From: Yuukianura sp. NJ FZ-2021
Taxonomy: Eukaryota
DNA length: 64,000 nt
Reading direction: 5' to 3'
Assembly (NCBI GenBank): GCA_046563655.1
Contig: CM102286.1
Coordinates: forward strand, 8,370,001 to 8,434,000
Numbering within the stretch: position 1 is the stretch's first letter; each line of letters begins with the position of its first letter. A program made the position numbers and the translations under genes. Under the pieces are notes generated by a model. The model was not told where the DNA came from. It searched no databases and worked only from the letters and a program-made list of their open reading frames with translations. Below, in pieces: positions 51,500 to 64,000 of this stretch.

Positions 51500-52580
51500 G
51501 CTGGTCAAGCTAGCTCTGGAACCACTGGACAGATTTTCAATCTGTCTTCACACATGAACTTGACATGGTCTGGGGGTGAACAATCAGTATCCGGTTTGAC
51601 CGGAAGTAGACCCCTTAAGGGTCAAAGGTCAAGGTCAAGTTCATTTTTGACGGAAATCGGGGAAATGACCTCTACAAAAGTTGTTTATCTCATTGAACTG
51701 AACAGCTTTTATATAGGTGACCTTGACCTTTGACCTGGGGTTCTGGAGATATAGAGCTTAGAACTTGCATAATGGGGTCACTCATGATATTCGCGTCTAT
51801 AACTCCAGAACCACTGGAGCGATTTTCAATCTGTCTTCACATTTGCGCTTCACATGTTCCAGGGGTGTCTAATCAGTGTCCAGCTTGACCGGATGTTGTC
51901 CAGGTCCGAGTCAAAGGTCAAGGTCAAATACACTTTTGACGGAAATCGAGAAAATGACCCTTACAAAAGTTATCCATCTCATCGAGACGAACAACTTTTG
52001 TATAGGTGACCTTGACCTTTAACCTGGGGTTCTGGAGATATAGACGTTGGAAGTTGGATAATGGCGTCACCCATGCTATTCGCGTCTATAACTCCAGAAC
52101 CACTGGACCGATTTTCCATCTGTTTTCACATTTGCGTTTCACATGTTCCAGGTGTGTCTAATCAGTGTCCAGCTTGACCGGAAGTTGTCGGGTCCAGGTG
52201 AAAGGTCAAGGTCAAATACTTTAATGACGGAAATCGAAAAAATGACCTCCACAAAAGTTGTTTATCTCATTGGGCTGAACAACTTTTGTAAAGGTGACCT
52301 TGACCTTTGATCTACGGTTACACAGATACAGACGATACAAGTTGCAAAAGTGCGTCCCTCATCCTACTCGGGGAAGCATGGCCTACTTTATGTTTTTCCC
52401 CGAGTCTGTCTGTTTGTCTGTCTGCACTATAACTATACCTCCGAAACCCCTGGACCGATTTGCCATCTGTCTTCGTAAATCAGTTTGGCATAGGGGGTGA
52501 TTAATACGGCTCCGGTTTTACCGGAAGTGCACTCTAGCTTCCTTTCGCTACTTACGTACGGCGTTTACAACGGTTTATTG
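51428..52580. mobile_element. Helentron/DINE-1-like non-autonomous element with an internal 289-bp tandem array
   Basis: 13-bp subterminal IR TAAGTAGCGAAAG / CTTTCGCTACTTA, a (GTCT)n microsatellite near the 5' end, and a small 3' hairpin. ACCACTGG recurs at 51521, 51810 and 52099 (period 289). Each unit has AAAGGTCAAGGTCA ... TGACCTTGACCTTT. Confidence 0.7.
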
Positions 52581-55500
52581 TTCTTCTCTTCATACCGAAT
52601 GCCATGAAAAGGTATGTCGATGTTGAGCAACAAAAAATTCTAGAAATCCAGACAAAGTTTTGCGCAAGAAACTTCTAGATTGGTGTTTGGCATTGGCATA
52701 ACAATGCTACCATAAAACCTGAGTGCTTTAAATCTATTCACATATCAAAAGTGGTATAAGCATGCCATTGCTACGAATGAATTGCTCTGAAGCGCATTCC
52801 TTCAAGAAAATTAAAGAATTAAAAAATAAAATTAAATATTCAATTAATTAATAAGTTAAAACATTAGTTGGTTAGGTTATAACAGGGGGTTAATAACCTT
52901 TCTTCAGGCTAACAATCATGGGATGAGACTTGTTTGAGGTATGTCACACGGTTAGGTTGGTAAGTACGCTTAGTAAGTGCGCAATGAATTTTCGGCGCAA
53001 TGTGACTTTCGGAGCAATCTACTATTCGCCGTAATTCGTTTCGTGGCAATTCACTTGGAGCAATGACATGGAACCCAGAAAAGTTAACCAAACCACAAAA
53101 TATCTCACGCACCGTTCCCAAACTTTGAATTTTATAAAAAAAAAAAAATTAATCAACTTCACATAAGATCATTCGCTCCAAACCGCCATCTCGCAGTAAG
53201 TGTCAAGGTAAAGTTTTCTCTAAGCTTTACCGAAAAAAAAGTTTAATTGTGAGACTTAAAGTATATATAACAGCTCGGTGCCAAAATCTAATATCCTCGA
53301 TGAAACAAAGCTTCGCAGCTTTCAACAGTAAAACCTCAATAAGCCTTGAGGTATTTTAGCATCCCCGTCTTAATGTTCATGCACATTTCACAGGATTTTC
53401 TAAACTTGCCGTCGAGTATCATCCTGAAGTACCTCCGAGACCAAGATGACTTTTTTCTCTTTTGTTTTTCCCATTAACCATAATTACTATTAATTTCAAA
53501 GGATTACTCAACTCAAACCAAAGCAATGTAGTTAGAAGTTTTGCCTGTTTGAACCCGAAACAAGATTGTGAAAATAATTGTCCGCATAATTTTAAAAAAT
53601 TGTTTGGAATTAACAAAAGTATACGAAAAGAAAGCTCTTAGAAACTCGTACATGATGGTTTTAGTGAATGAATTTTTTCTCATTGAGTTCAGAGTTTCAA
53701 GTTACCTTGCGCTCGTGACATTTAAGTATCTGCTGTGTAGCTTGTGCAGCGTTAGCCTAGTAAATATGCAAACTTAAGCATAGCGAATGTACGGGGGACA
53801 CTTCTGTTAGCTTAGTTTTTGGAATCCAAGGCAAACGTTTCTTGTCTACTGTCAACGATGTGTCAGTGACGGAAGCTTTAATTAAAGGTTTTGGATTGTG
53901 AATTTTCATTTTGGTGAGTTTAACATAAACTGAAATTCTTGGCAAGCGTTGCAAAACATTTGAAAACAAAATTGACAACATTCCAGTTAAAAATCGGAAC
54001 ACTTAAAAAAATCTTGGAACAAGTAAGGTTAACATAAGGCGTCCTTTTGGTTTAGGTGAGATTCTTTTGAAATTTCCTGAAAAGATTAATTTAGTTCACT
54101 TGCAGTGTCGTCGTCGTCGTTACTCTTCGAATTTGTTTTGCGCATTGATTTGTAAAAGTATGACAAATAAGCATTTGCGTAGAACTGCGTAAAAATATTA
54201 AGATTGTAAAGAATTGAATCGTTACCGTTGAGAATACTCAGCAGGTGAAAGTCGTTTTGTTGCCAAAGAGCCTCGTCATGAAATAAATTGGAGAAGTAGA
54301 GTGACTTGTGGGCTTCCACTGACTTATGTTATTGGTAAATTCGACACGAACTTTGTCTCGCCGGCCAGACGTAGATAATTTGTGGTGTTGGCCCTTGGAT
54401 TGTCAATGCTACTTGGCAAAAGGTGTAAAATTGGAGACCAGTTTTTACTTAAACTCTACACCGACTGCCTGATGGCTCGAGAATGGTCTAGATTCTAGCT
54501 TTTGCAGCTCAACTAACCTGGAGTTTTACAAGAGAAGTCCTGAGAGTACTCTACGGGTACGTATATTGCCGATTCACCAGTGAAAGCCAGGGAAAGCGGA
54601 GTGGGCGCAGGGAAGTCTTTTCTTTTTCAGGTTTCTATTTCCCTAGAGGACATCTTCTGGATTTTGCTCCGTTGAATTCCAGTTTGAACATTTCCAACAA
54701 TTTTGCAAGGAAAACGTGTGATCCCTTGGCTAAATAAGAAGGTTTCAAAATCCTTGGAGGTACGCTGCTATATATATTTTTTTACTTTCTACCGTCGTTG
54801 CGTCCTCCTGTCGGTAGCATAGTGGACCTTACCACACTACCAACCAAAGTATAGAACAGATTTTTGAGTTCGCACAAGGAATAAAATTTCTCACGGCTGA
54901 AAATACTTTGGTAGCTTTTAGCCAATTAAACTTTAAAGGGAAAAATAAGTTTCTGCGGAAAACTTTACTTTCGCCACCGCCTATCCCTCAACTTTAAAAG
55001 ACTAGCGCTTCTGCAGCATTTCATAAGTTTTTTTTTTACTATACTAAGTCCACCTTACGTTGTACGTCTTGGAATGTGCACAAATATCTGCAAGGAGGGC
55101 TCGTTGTTTTTTTTTTTTACTTACAAATGTTGAAATGTTGCAAGCCGTGAGAGTGCGTGTCTCCCGACGAATCACAAATTCCAAGATTTTGAAAAACCAA
55201 AATGGCAAAATCAAAATGGAACTGACGAGATTCTATTTTCGCTACAGATTGGCTGAAGTATCGCCTAATTATTCATCTCAGGGCAGGATTTTGACAGGCG
55301 ATGTGTCACTGTCAATACAGTTCAAGTTGAGCGCCTACGCATATTTCCAATTCTTGAATAAAACTTATGCGGTTTATAGTTTCTTTTTAAGTCAAACTTA
55401 GATTACTTTTCAAAAAAAAGTTACGAACAATTTTCGAAAACGGACAAAGTTCTTGGAAATGCTTGAGGATGATTGAACTTATTAATAGGACCAAAACTTT

Positions 55501-57787
55501 CGGTTCTTCTTTGAAGAGGAGAAGAAGTGAAGCGTCCCTTGCACTACTATTTTCCTTCTATCATCATTCATTTATAAGATAGTGAAGAGAAAGTAATTTC
55601 AGCAGAAAGCAATTCCCACAGCATCTCGACTGTGGACTTTCTTCTTCGTTTGGACAAGGAACTTTCTTTCTTCCATCCGTCCTCTCCAGCCTAATAACTG
55701 GGACTACGAAGACGAAAGGAAGAGGAACCTCAACTGATCGATATCACTTTCTTCCCGCCAACTTCCGTCTTGGGATGGACTGCCACGGGCACAGCGGCAA
55801 TGTAGCGTAACCTAACCTAAGAGGACTGACAGGCCTCATCCATGAACCAACCAACTTACAAAACTTTCTTCCCGCATCCCACAAACCCCTCTCAGAGCCA
55901 AGTCTCTGCATACTGCTACATTTTTGAAGAGTCAAATGGGAGCTTGGAGACAACAGATAGAAGGAAGTTGAGCGCAGGAACTAAATAGTTGAAAGGAGCT
56001 GAAAAGGAATGGCTCTGAACTTTTAAAACGGAAAGGACGCTTCTTCACGGGAAATGGTGGGAAAATGGCAACAGGAACTTTTGTCAGCCATTTCTCTCTG
56101 GGTAAATAACGCCTTTACCTGACTCAGCAGGGATTTGGTTTCAGCACGTCGTTTTTTGTAACTCACAAATTGTAAGTTGCAGTGTTGATGTCTACTATAT
56201 AGTTACTATAGATAGACCAAAGCGCGAGCACCAGGTACAAAAGTTTACAATTCGAAAAGAAATGCAATAAATTCTAGACACAAAACACTGGAGAATAGTC
56301 CGAAAAGAATTCCAAACAAAAAGAATTCATCTTCGAACTCTTGGAATGGAAACTTACCGAAAAGATAAAAATGTAAACTTAATATTAGCACCGGGTTGTA
56401 AATGTGCCTAAAAATCCGTGGCATGTCATCCACAATATATTTCCTAAAATTGCAAAGTAGTGACGACATTCTTGGGGAGCAGGAACGTAAACTTGCAAAT
56501 TTTGATTGCAGCCAAAAACAACTTAACCAATAACAGCCATTAACGTAGGAACTTTCCCACTAAGGGCTAAGAGTTGTTTTTAAATTAGAAAAAGATAATG
56601 GTAATGGTAAATGGGGGGTTCTTTTATGAAAATACAAACTGCCTCAGAAAATGCTTTTAAAATTTAGTTAAAACCCGCTTCCGGGAAATCATTTAAAAAG
56701 CTTTTAAAAGGATATTAAAACCCTATTATTTATCATTGATTTTTTTTAGCCAAAGGAGGCGAGGCGAGTGTGAATCTAGAATTCAAAATCGAGAATAATT
56801 TCCTTTGAAGTTGAAGAATAATTTGTATTCTTTCTCTAACTTTTCTTCGGCGGAACAATTGTATACCCCAGGGGTGTTTGACTATTCTTAACTTTTTTTT
56901 TTCCATTTTTTTTTATTCGAAGGCATCTCCATCTGCCGGATCAACAAGATTGATCTTCGAAAATTGAAATTCGTACGATGTTCACATGGAACAAAGAACA
57001 CATAAATCCGACAACAATATGCTGCGCATTACTTAATTGTTCAAGGAAAAACCTCTCTGTGGACTTTCATTTGTTTCTGGAACATTTTCTTGTCAACTCC
57101 AAACTGCCACTTCCTCCTCTTTGTTCATAAGAAATGGAGCACCCATACATTGTTCGTGCCGGAGTTGTCAAGGGTCATGGATCGGCGACTTTTTTTGAAC
57201 GAAAAAAGACGTTTTTCTGCAGGCTTTGGATTTTAAAAATCCGGGCGGAAACTTGGAAAATTGAAAAGAACATAAAGAGGATGAATAGGAAAGAAAAAAT
57301 GGCGAATCATAAATATTGTAGAGCAGAAAAGTTGAAATCATTCATAGCTCACTTCTATCTTTTCGAAATGAGAGAAGATTATAGAAGGTTGACCAATGTT
57401 GTTTGTTCATTCTGACTCAACGTTCATCTTGCGTCTAGAAAACAAAACAATGTTGAAAATTGCTTGACAGAAAGTGAAAACAAAGGAAATCATTCCACTT
57501 TCACTTCCATTCTAAATCATCTTCCACTCTACTTCATTTGCTTTCTTTCAAAGTAATTTCCCCCATTCATAATTTTACTTCCATGGCGGCTCGGTAGATG
57601 TCGCTATTTGTGCCACTTTCAGCATCATTTTCACTCTACGAACGGGAAAGGGAAACCTCAAGAGCGTCACACAGTTTACTTTCAAGGTTTAGTTTCATTT
57701 TCACAGCAAAAATAGAACGGCGAAATTCTGTTATTCTTTGTTATTTTTTATACGTCTTCCAAACTCCGAGTAAAGACAAAGCTAATA

Positions 57788-58002
57788 CAGTAATGGACCA
57801 ATTTTAGAAACCACGCTATCCCTCTTTCTCCCTCCTCTTATACCGCCAACTTCCAACTAGTGGAGAGAAGGCGAGAAGAGAAATTGTGAAAACTCAACTC
57901 AATGTAAGAGTTTTGCACATTACTCCAAGTTTTACGGTAACCGTGGGAGGAGTGAAATGAGAAGAGCCAATCAGAAGAGTTTCTAAAATTGGTCCACTAC
58001 TG
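57788..58002. mobile_element. Tc1/mariner-type MITE (copy 2)
   Basis: TA|CAGTAATGGACCAATTTTAGAAAC ... GTTTCTAAAATTGGTCCACTACTG|TA. The interior is homologous to 26175-26389. Confidence 0.85.
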
Positions 58003-59000
58003 TATACTTCCATGCTAGTTTCTGAAACATTTCTTCCTTTCGCAGAATCAATTTGAGACATTGAATGGCGGTGGCGTTGCAAATGGTACGGAAGGAACAG
58101 ACGCCGCCAAACGACATTAACTCACATGTTGTACCGAAGCAGGTCTATTCGTAAGCTCAATTTCGTAAGCAGTCAATTCGTAATCGTAAGCGTTCCAATT
58201 CATAAGCATCCAAATTCATAAACTCGGAAAATTCGTAAGCAGTGTCAGTTCCCAACCACCCCCATTCGTAAGCATCCAATCCGTAAACATATTTAATTCG
58301 TAAGCGTAGTCAAGCAACTGAAAATGAGCAGAAGTACATAATTCAAAACGTTCAAACCCATGACTGAGAAATTGAAAAGCTGCAAATCGCCATTAACAAA
58401 ACCAACCTCGTGTTACATGGACTTCAACGATATGCAAACGAAACTACAGAATCACTTCTCTCCGGACTCGAAACGATGTTCTCCAATTGTCTCCAAACTA
58501 CCAATTCGAGTTTTGTCTCTGAAGCATTTAGACTTGGCAAATCAACACCTCAAAATCCAAACAAACCTGTCAAAATTATCTTTACATCGCTTGAAGCTAG
58601 AAACATGATCTGGAAGAATCGTGACAAAATCAAAACTACACATCCGGGCATCAAAATCACACAAGATCTGCCTTTCAGTGCTCGAAAAAAACTTGCAATG
58701 AAATACCGAACTCAAAATGCTGGTAACAATCAAACAACTACTGCTACATCTCAAGCCCCATCATACTCTTCTGTTGCTCAAACTTCCGGATTCGGACGTA
58801 GCAGCATTACGTTACGTTCTCCAATTTGACTATCCGAACCTCGCCGTTCCTCTCCAGACCGTGCTCACCGACTCAAACCTCAGCTTCCGAAAAATCAAAT
58901 CAACCAATCACCTTGTATTTTAAAGAATCGACTAAGTATAGCAGCACTGAATGTCTGTGGCTACAATTCTAAAGCAGACTCAATAAAAATCCTACTCGAC

Positions 59001-59612
59001 TTGTACAACTTTGACGTTCTATGTATAACTGAAACTCATTTAAAGGAAAATAACCCTCCAAGACCCATCGACGGATATCACTTTATTCATAAAGTTCGAG
59101 ATTGGCAAGGAAAAGGGGGAGTCGGAATTCTAATTCGTTCATCACTTTCTTTTAGTGAAAAAATCATCAATCTACTTGAAAATAGAAACGTTGAAGTAAT
59201 TACTGCAAAAATTCAACTGAACCATAATAAATCCGTCCTCATCAGCAGCGTCTACAGAATCCCCTCCTACAATCCAAGTGTTGTTCAATGTGATCTTGAG
59301 ACTATTATGTCATTGTTTAATGAACTGAATACTACGAAAAAAGCGTCATTCGTCCTAGGTGATTTTAATCTTAACTCTACTTACGTCCCGCAAAAATGCA
59401 ATCATGCGGTGAAACAGATCAACTCAGTTTTTAAACAATTGGTGAAAGTGCCTACACGCGGTGACTCAATCCTAGACTTAATTTTCTGTAACAACCCAGA
59501 TCTAGCACTTGACCTCAAAGTATTTGACCCAGGTATTTCTGATCATTGTGTTACAACTATAACTGAATCTGTCGAAACCCAAAGTCAAGAAAACAAAATT
59601 CCAATTTCATGA
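59001..59612 (+). pseudogene. LINE ORF2 apurinic-like endonuclease domain
   Basis: DVLCITETHL, GGVGILI, VYRIP, LGDFN, LDLIF and ISDH motifs; ends at a premature TGA. Confidence 0.88.
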
Positions 59613-59850
59613 CTACAAAACATTTGACTTCGAAGAATACGGACTGAAGTCAATCTACACAACATTTGACAATTTTGGAAAAGATGTAGACATTCTCTTC
59701 CTTGATTTCATGTCAAAAATCAGTGAAAACTTCCAAAGTACAATCAAATTACGTACAGTGTCCTTTACGCCAAAATCACTACCACTCTCACTTTCTGATA
59801 CTACAAAAATGCTGATTACATAAAAAAGGAAGTTACAAAGAAATGGACCG

Positions 59851-61749
59851 TTGTCCATCACTCAACGCATTCAACTCAAACAAATCACGAAATCACTCAA
59901 GTCTGCCATCATTAAGGACAGAAGAGACTCACTTAATACTGAAATTAAGAAAATTGGACCATTCAAAGCTATTTCCAAGATTCGTCCCAACTCAAAAGAT
60001 GTAAATCAAAAATTTCCCTTTTCCGCTGAAGAAATTAACAAATATTACACTTCAATTACGACACCTCAGCACATATCTACTGTTCTGCCTTCAAAACCAA
60101 TTCACATCAATACACCCAGTGAAGAGTTCAGTTTTTCCAAAATTAATTCTACATTGTTTGGCAAAACTTGGAAGAAACTCAAAAACAAAACTGATAAATG
60201 CAAGGATCAGTTTGGAATATCGAATTGGATTTTGAATCACAGCATTGGATCTCAGAATATTCAACATCAAATAATACACATAATCAATGAGTCATTGCAA
60301 ACTGGACATTTTCCTACATGTCTTAAGCATTCAACAGTGATACCGTTACCAAAAGCACCAAAACCACTACATCCAAGTGAAACACGTCCAATCTCTCTTC
60401 AGCCAGTGATTGCCAAATTGTGCGAAAGATTTGCCCTCGACCAACTAAAATCCTTTTTCAACCGAAACAGTTTATTAAACAGTGCACAGTTTGGGTTTCG
60501 GAACCATCACTCTACCACGATGGCACAAATCGCTCTGACCGATCTTATTTATGCTCATCTAAATCGGGGCGAAGTGTGCTTAGTGCTTTCTCTGGATTTA
60601 AGAAAAGCTTTCGACACAGTTGACAAGGACATACTTTGTGAAAAACTACGTTGGTACAACGTAGCATCTCCATGGTTTGAGTCATATTTGAATGGCAGAT
60701 CTCAAAGTGTTAAAACTAACGGTGAAAGTTCAATCTCCAGAGAAACAATTTTATCAGTACCACAAGGTTCTGTATTAGGTCCCTTCCTGTTCTCTATTAT
60801 GATCAATGATCTCCTATACGCTATTAGACATGGATCTCCAGTGCTTTTTGCGGACGACAATAATATCGTACTGGGAGGTCGATTGGAACATTTGGAACAA
60901 CTAATAGTCAACGCAAAGGAAACAATTGCTTCAGTAAATCGATGGACTGCAGAAAATCATATGGGTCTGAATCTGGACAAAACCAAAGTACTTGTTATTG
61001 GTAAACCAAGTCAAGTGAAACGAATTGGCAAAATTCAACTCAACATAGGTGACACAAGAATTCTGAGCGTTGACTCATTCAAAACCCTTGGACTGGAACT
61101 AGACAATACACTTTCTTGGTCAAACCACATAATCAACATAACAAAAAAATGTAACCGAATTCTGTGGTCGCTCTATCCAATTCAGCATCTCCTGTCGCAT
61201 CACAAGAGAAGACTAATGATCGTTTCATACATCTTCCCAATACTACGTTACCTAATTGTCTTGTGGTCAAAATCAGTGCGTCACCAATTTAATAATATAA
61301 GCAAAATATTTCGAAAATGTGTCCGCTTCATTTTTAAACTGAAGAAACGGGAATGTGTAGACGCATTAATCCACCAACTAAAGTGGCTTCTACCTACCCA
61401 ATTAAGTGCACTGGATCACTTACTCATCTATTCATCGATGATTCAGCACAACATTCCTTACTTCAAAGTCATCTCCACTGAAATCGCTAAGTATTCAGAA
61501 AACACAACCTCGACAAGATCAGGAGTGTACATTGTACACAACCGCGCGTATCACCCTAAATCTTTCGTTTCCTCAGTGTCTAGAATTCTGAACTCCATAC
61601 ATGAAGAACACAGAGAAGCGGTCAAAAACCCGGGACCAAGAACTAGAAAAATTCTGACTACTTTCTTTTTAAATCAGCAACTGCGATCAAGTTTGGATTC
61701 AAATCCGTATGAAGATACTGACCAGAGTTCCTCCGACTCTTCCTCTTAA
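59851..61749 (+). pseudogene. LINE ORF2 reverse transcriptase portion
   Basis: 632-codon open stretch with non-LTR RT motifs including FADD; out of frame with the endonuclease portion. Confidence 0.9.
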
Positions 61750-63070
61750 CTATTTTAACTATTTTAATTACTTTAAGTTTTGACTATAAGTTAGCAATAA
61801 TTTTTTCATTTTCATTGCGTTCCCTTATTCATTTACTCTACTACTCAACTTAACTCTTTTTAACTATTAACTTTTAATTAGTAAATCAACCGTCACCTAA
61901 TTTTAACTATAATCATATTGACATAATTATTAACCTAATACGCCATGGTGTAACTACCTGCTTGCAGGATACCATTCGGCCAATAAATCAAATCAAATCA
62001 AATCAATTCGTAAGCATAGTCAATTCGTAACATTCGTTTTCGTAACCGCTGCATTTTCGTGATTCGTATTTTATGATTCATGCTTTACCTTTCGGGTTGA
62101 CGTTAAATTTGGTCCCCACCCGTTCCAATTGTATCCACCTGGTGGATACATTTGTCCCCAGTTGGTGAGGGGGGGGGGGACAACTGTACCCACCAGCTCT
62201 AAACAACGAGTCCCCCTATCGGTTGGTGTCGACCTAACGAATTCGAGCCGGCAACGTTGTAGTGTTGCTCAATTGTACCAAGAAGTTTCAGGCTCAAATT
62301 GCACGAGGAAATTTCGCTGCAGTTTCCGCGCCGAAGGCGCGGCATTAGGTCTGGTAAAGCACGAAATAGTGATTACGTCTGTAGGTTTGGTTGTCTACCT
62401 AACCTGACCTAACGCAATATGAAAATAGATTCTTAGGTTTTTCTACTTGCGAATTTGCTGTGCTTACCAATTTGCTGTGCTTACGAATTTGCTGCTTAGG
62501 AATTGCTTTTGCTTACGAATTGGGTTGCTTACGAATTGACTGCTTACCCTATTTGCACATAAGCTCCTGGGAACGTCCGATTAGAGTCCCAAAATACTAT
62601 TCGGGACGTGAGCAGTTTGTTCTCTCCACCGGACCTCCCTCGTATTTTCGCATTAGAACATGTCCGAGGAAATTAATGAATCTCCCAATAATGTCCCAGG
62701 GATGACCCGCACGGAATCAAATAAAGTCATGTGACTTTTGCCCCTACGCAGTTTAATTTTAACTTTCCAGATGATCCTAACGCATTACATCACCATTTGC
62801 TCACTGCTTTTGTCTATTCTGTCTCAAGTCAGTATGAATTTAATATAATTCTAAACATCAACTAATTTAGTTAAAGTTAACTCATTTGGAGATTGTTGTC
62901 GCAGCACTAGAGAAAACAACAGTGTACAGGAATTCACACGGATACGATTACTTCGGTAAGTATGTCAAAATCTTTAATACGATTAATTTCAAGTATACCA
63001 CTCAGACTTTGCACTCATGTGTTTATACAGCAATTATATTTCGGTTAATTTGAGATTATTGTTTCATTAG

Positions 63071-63969
63071 TGGTTTGCCGAAAATTATACGTACAACCCT
63101 TTCCAAGTCTCCCGACTAAGATGATTCTGACGAAAACTTTGGCTTAGTTTTGGTAAATCACACTTCTCAAATTCCTGTGACCGTGGACAAACCAAAACCA
63201 TCAAATCGATCTGAGGTAGTTACTACCAAACGCACTCGCCTAAATTTTGAAACCAACCTTGAGAGTACGACTGAATGGACAATTAAAAGTAAGTAGAATC
63301 CTCATGCCACTGTTTCTACTTACAGTTCATTTTAGTTCATTACAGTTCATTATTTCAATTTTATTTTACCATGTTAGGTCTAGAAGAGTATGTTGTAAAG
63401 GGATTTACAATACTAAACGAGCGACAGAAGCAAATTGACGAAAAGTTGTCCATTTTATTGGCAAACAGAGACAGGCACATGACTCATCTTCCGCTACAAT
63501 TGTTTGAAAAAGCAAGCGACATTGCAACGTGTGACGAGCTTGAGCTGAAACTTACTGAAGAGGAGTTCAGACAATCAGCGGTAAGTCTGTTCAGCGTTTC
63601 GTTGTAAATAAGAATGCAAAAACTGTTCTAACACTATTCTCGTTTGATAGATTGCAAAGCTACTGGAGTTAGGAGGAAACAGCTGCTACGAAACTGTAAG
63701 AGGGATAATGACAGCACTTTGGACCGAGGACTTGCTTAGACAGTTTAGTCTTCACGGGAGAAAAGGAAAAAGGCCATATTTACAAACACAAGCTTACCAA
63801 TTGGTACTCTGTAAGTTATTTCTAAAATTTCGGTGATTTGGATTAGAAACTGAGATTTCATAGGTTTACTTTTTCTTTGATTTCAGATTGTGCTAAACTT
63901 AACATGAGGGTGAAGATGGATGACGCGGAGATACGGAAGGCAATTTCCAGTGTTTTTAGGCATACTTAA
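63071..63969 (+). pseudogene. DUF4806-like transposon-associated gene, probably degenerate
   Basis: Spliceable exons 63071-63288 (contains an in-frame TAA), 63378-63580, 63651-63810 and 63887-63969. They give LLELGGNSCYETVRGIMTALWTEDLLRQFSLHGRKGKRPY, matching the recalled LxxxGG...M......L...S..G.KGK..F DUF4806 pattern. A possible CCC-type element end lies at ~62706. Confidence 0.65.
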
Positions 63970-64000
63970 TACTCTTGCCATCATTCACAAGCAATCCTTT

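Larger units (their letters stand above)
58314..62004 (+). mobile_element. 5'-truncated, degenerate LINE (CR1/L2-group) with (AAATC)n tail
   Basis: ORF1 remnant (NLVLHGL...RLGK...PVKIIF...ITQDLP). APE endonuclease (LNV, CITETHL, GKGGVGI, GDFN, PTRGDSILDLIF, SDH). RT (RPISL, QFGFR, DLRKAFDTV, PQGSVLGPFLF, FADD). 3' AATAAATCAAATCAAATC tail. Stops and a frameshift lie between EN and RT. Confidence 0.92.
58131..62549. mobile_element. Non-autonomous DNA element with inverted AATTCGTAAGC repeat arms, split by the LINE
   Basis: ATTCGTAAGC repeats at 58148-58313 and 62005-62045, and the inverse GCTTACGAATT repeats at 62445-62548. Exact ends and TSD are not resolved. Confidence 0.55.

Noticed and set aside
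52890..57780. Additional 5' coding exons of the igl-like gene
   Set aside because: Only a weak candidate (54820-54793) was found; no recognisable conserved N-terminus, so it is not reported as a feature.

Overview
Eukaryotic, intron-rich genomic DNA, arthropod-like by gene content. There is no prokaryotic architecture, and most entries in the ORF track are spurious. Three host genes can be assembled by hand from splice signals. (1) A minus-strand multi-Ig cell-surface gene resembling Drosophila faint sausage/teiresias; ATG ~20555, running off the left edge. (2) A complete plus-strand Cbl E3 ubiquitin ligase, 37587-42529. (3) A minus-strand triple-IQ, igloo/GAP-43-like calmodulin-binding gene with a GC-AG intron, 47753-50984, 5' end unresolved. 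The ~14.5 kb at 22.4-36.9 kb, between the divergent tei-like and Cbl genes, is a dense nest of transposons. A Harbinger element (intact Myb/SANT gene, broken nuclease) carries an IS3EU-like foldback in its left TIR and a P-superfamily derivative in its nuclease, and the latter itself carries a Tc1-type MITE. The interval also holds a related Harbinger MITE, pogo-like MITEs, a (TAA)~79 tract, and a 3.27-kb non-autonomous Gypsy-like LTR element with apparently identical LTRs. That LTR element is the most unusual object. It lacks RT, keeps an integrase C-tail, and carries an intron-split double zinc-knuckle ORF ending at the polypurine tract, plus a hairpin-repeat leader. The right end holds an EnSpm-like element, a Helentron/DINE-like element, a truncated CR1/L2-type LINE and a DUF4806-like gene remnant. 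All family assignments come from recalled motifs, not database searches.
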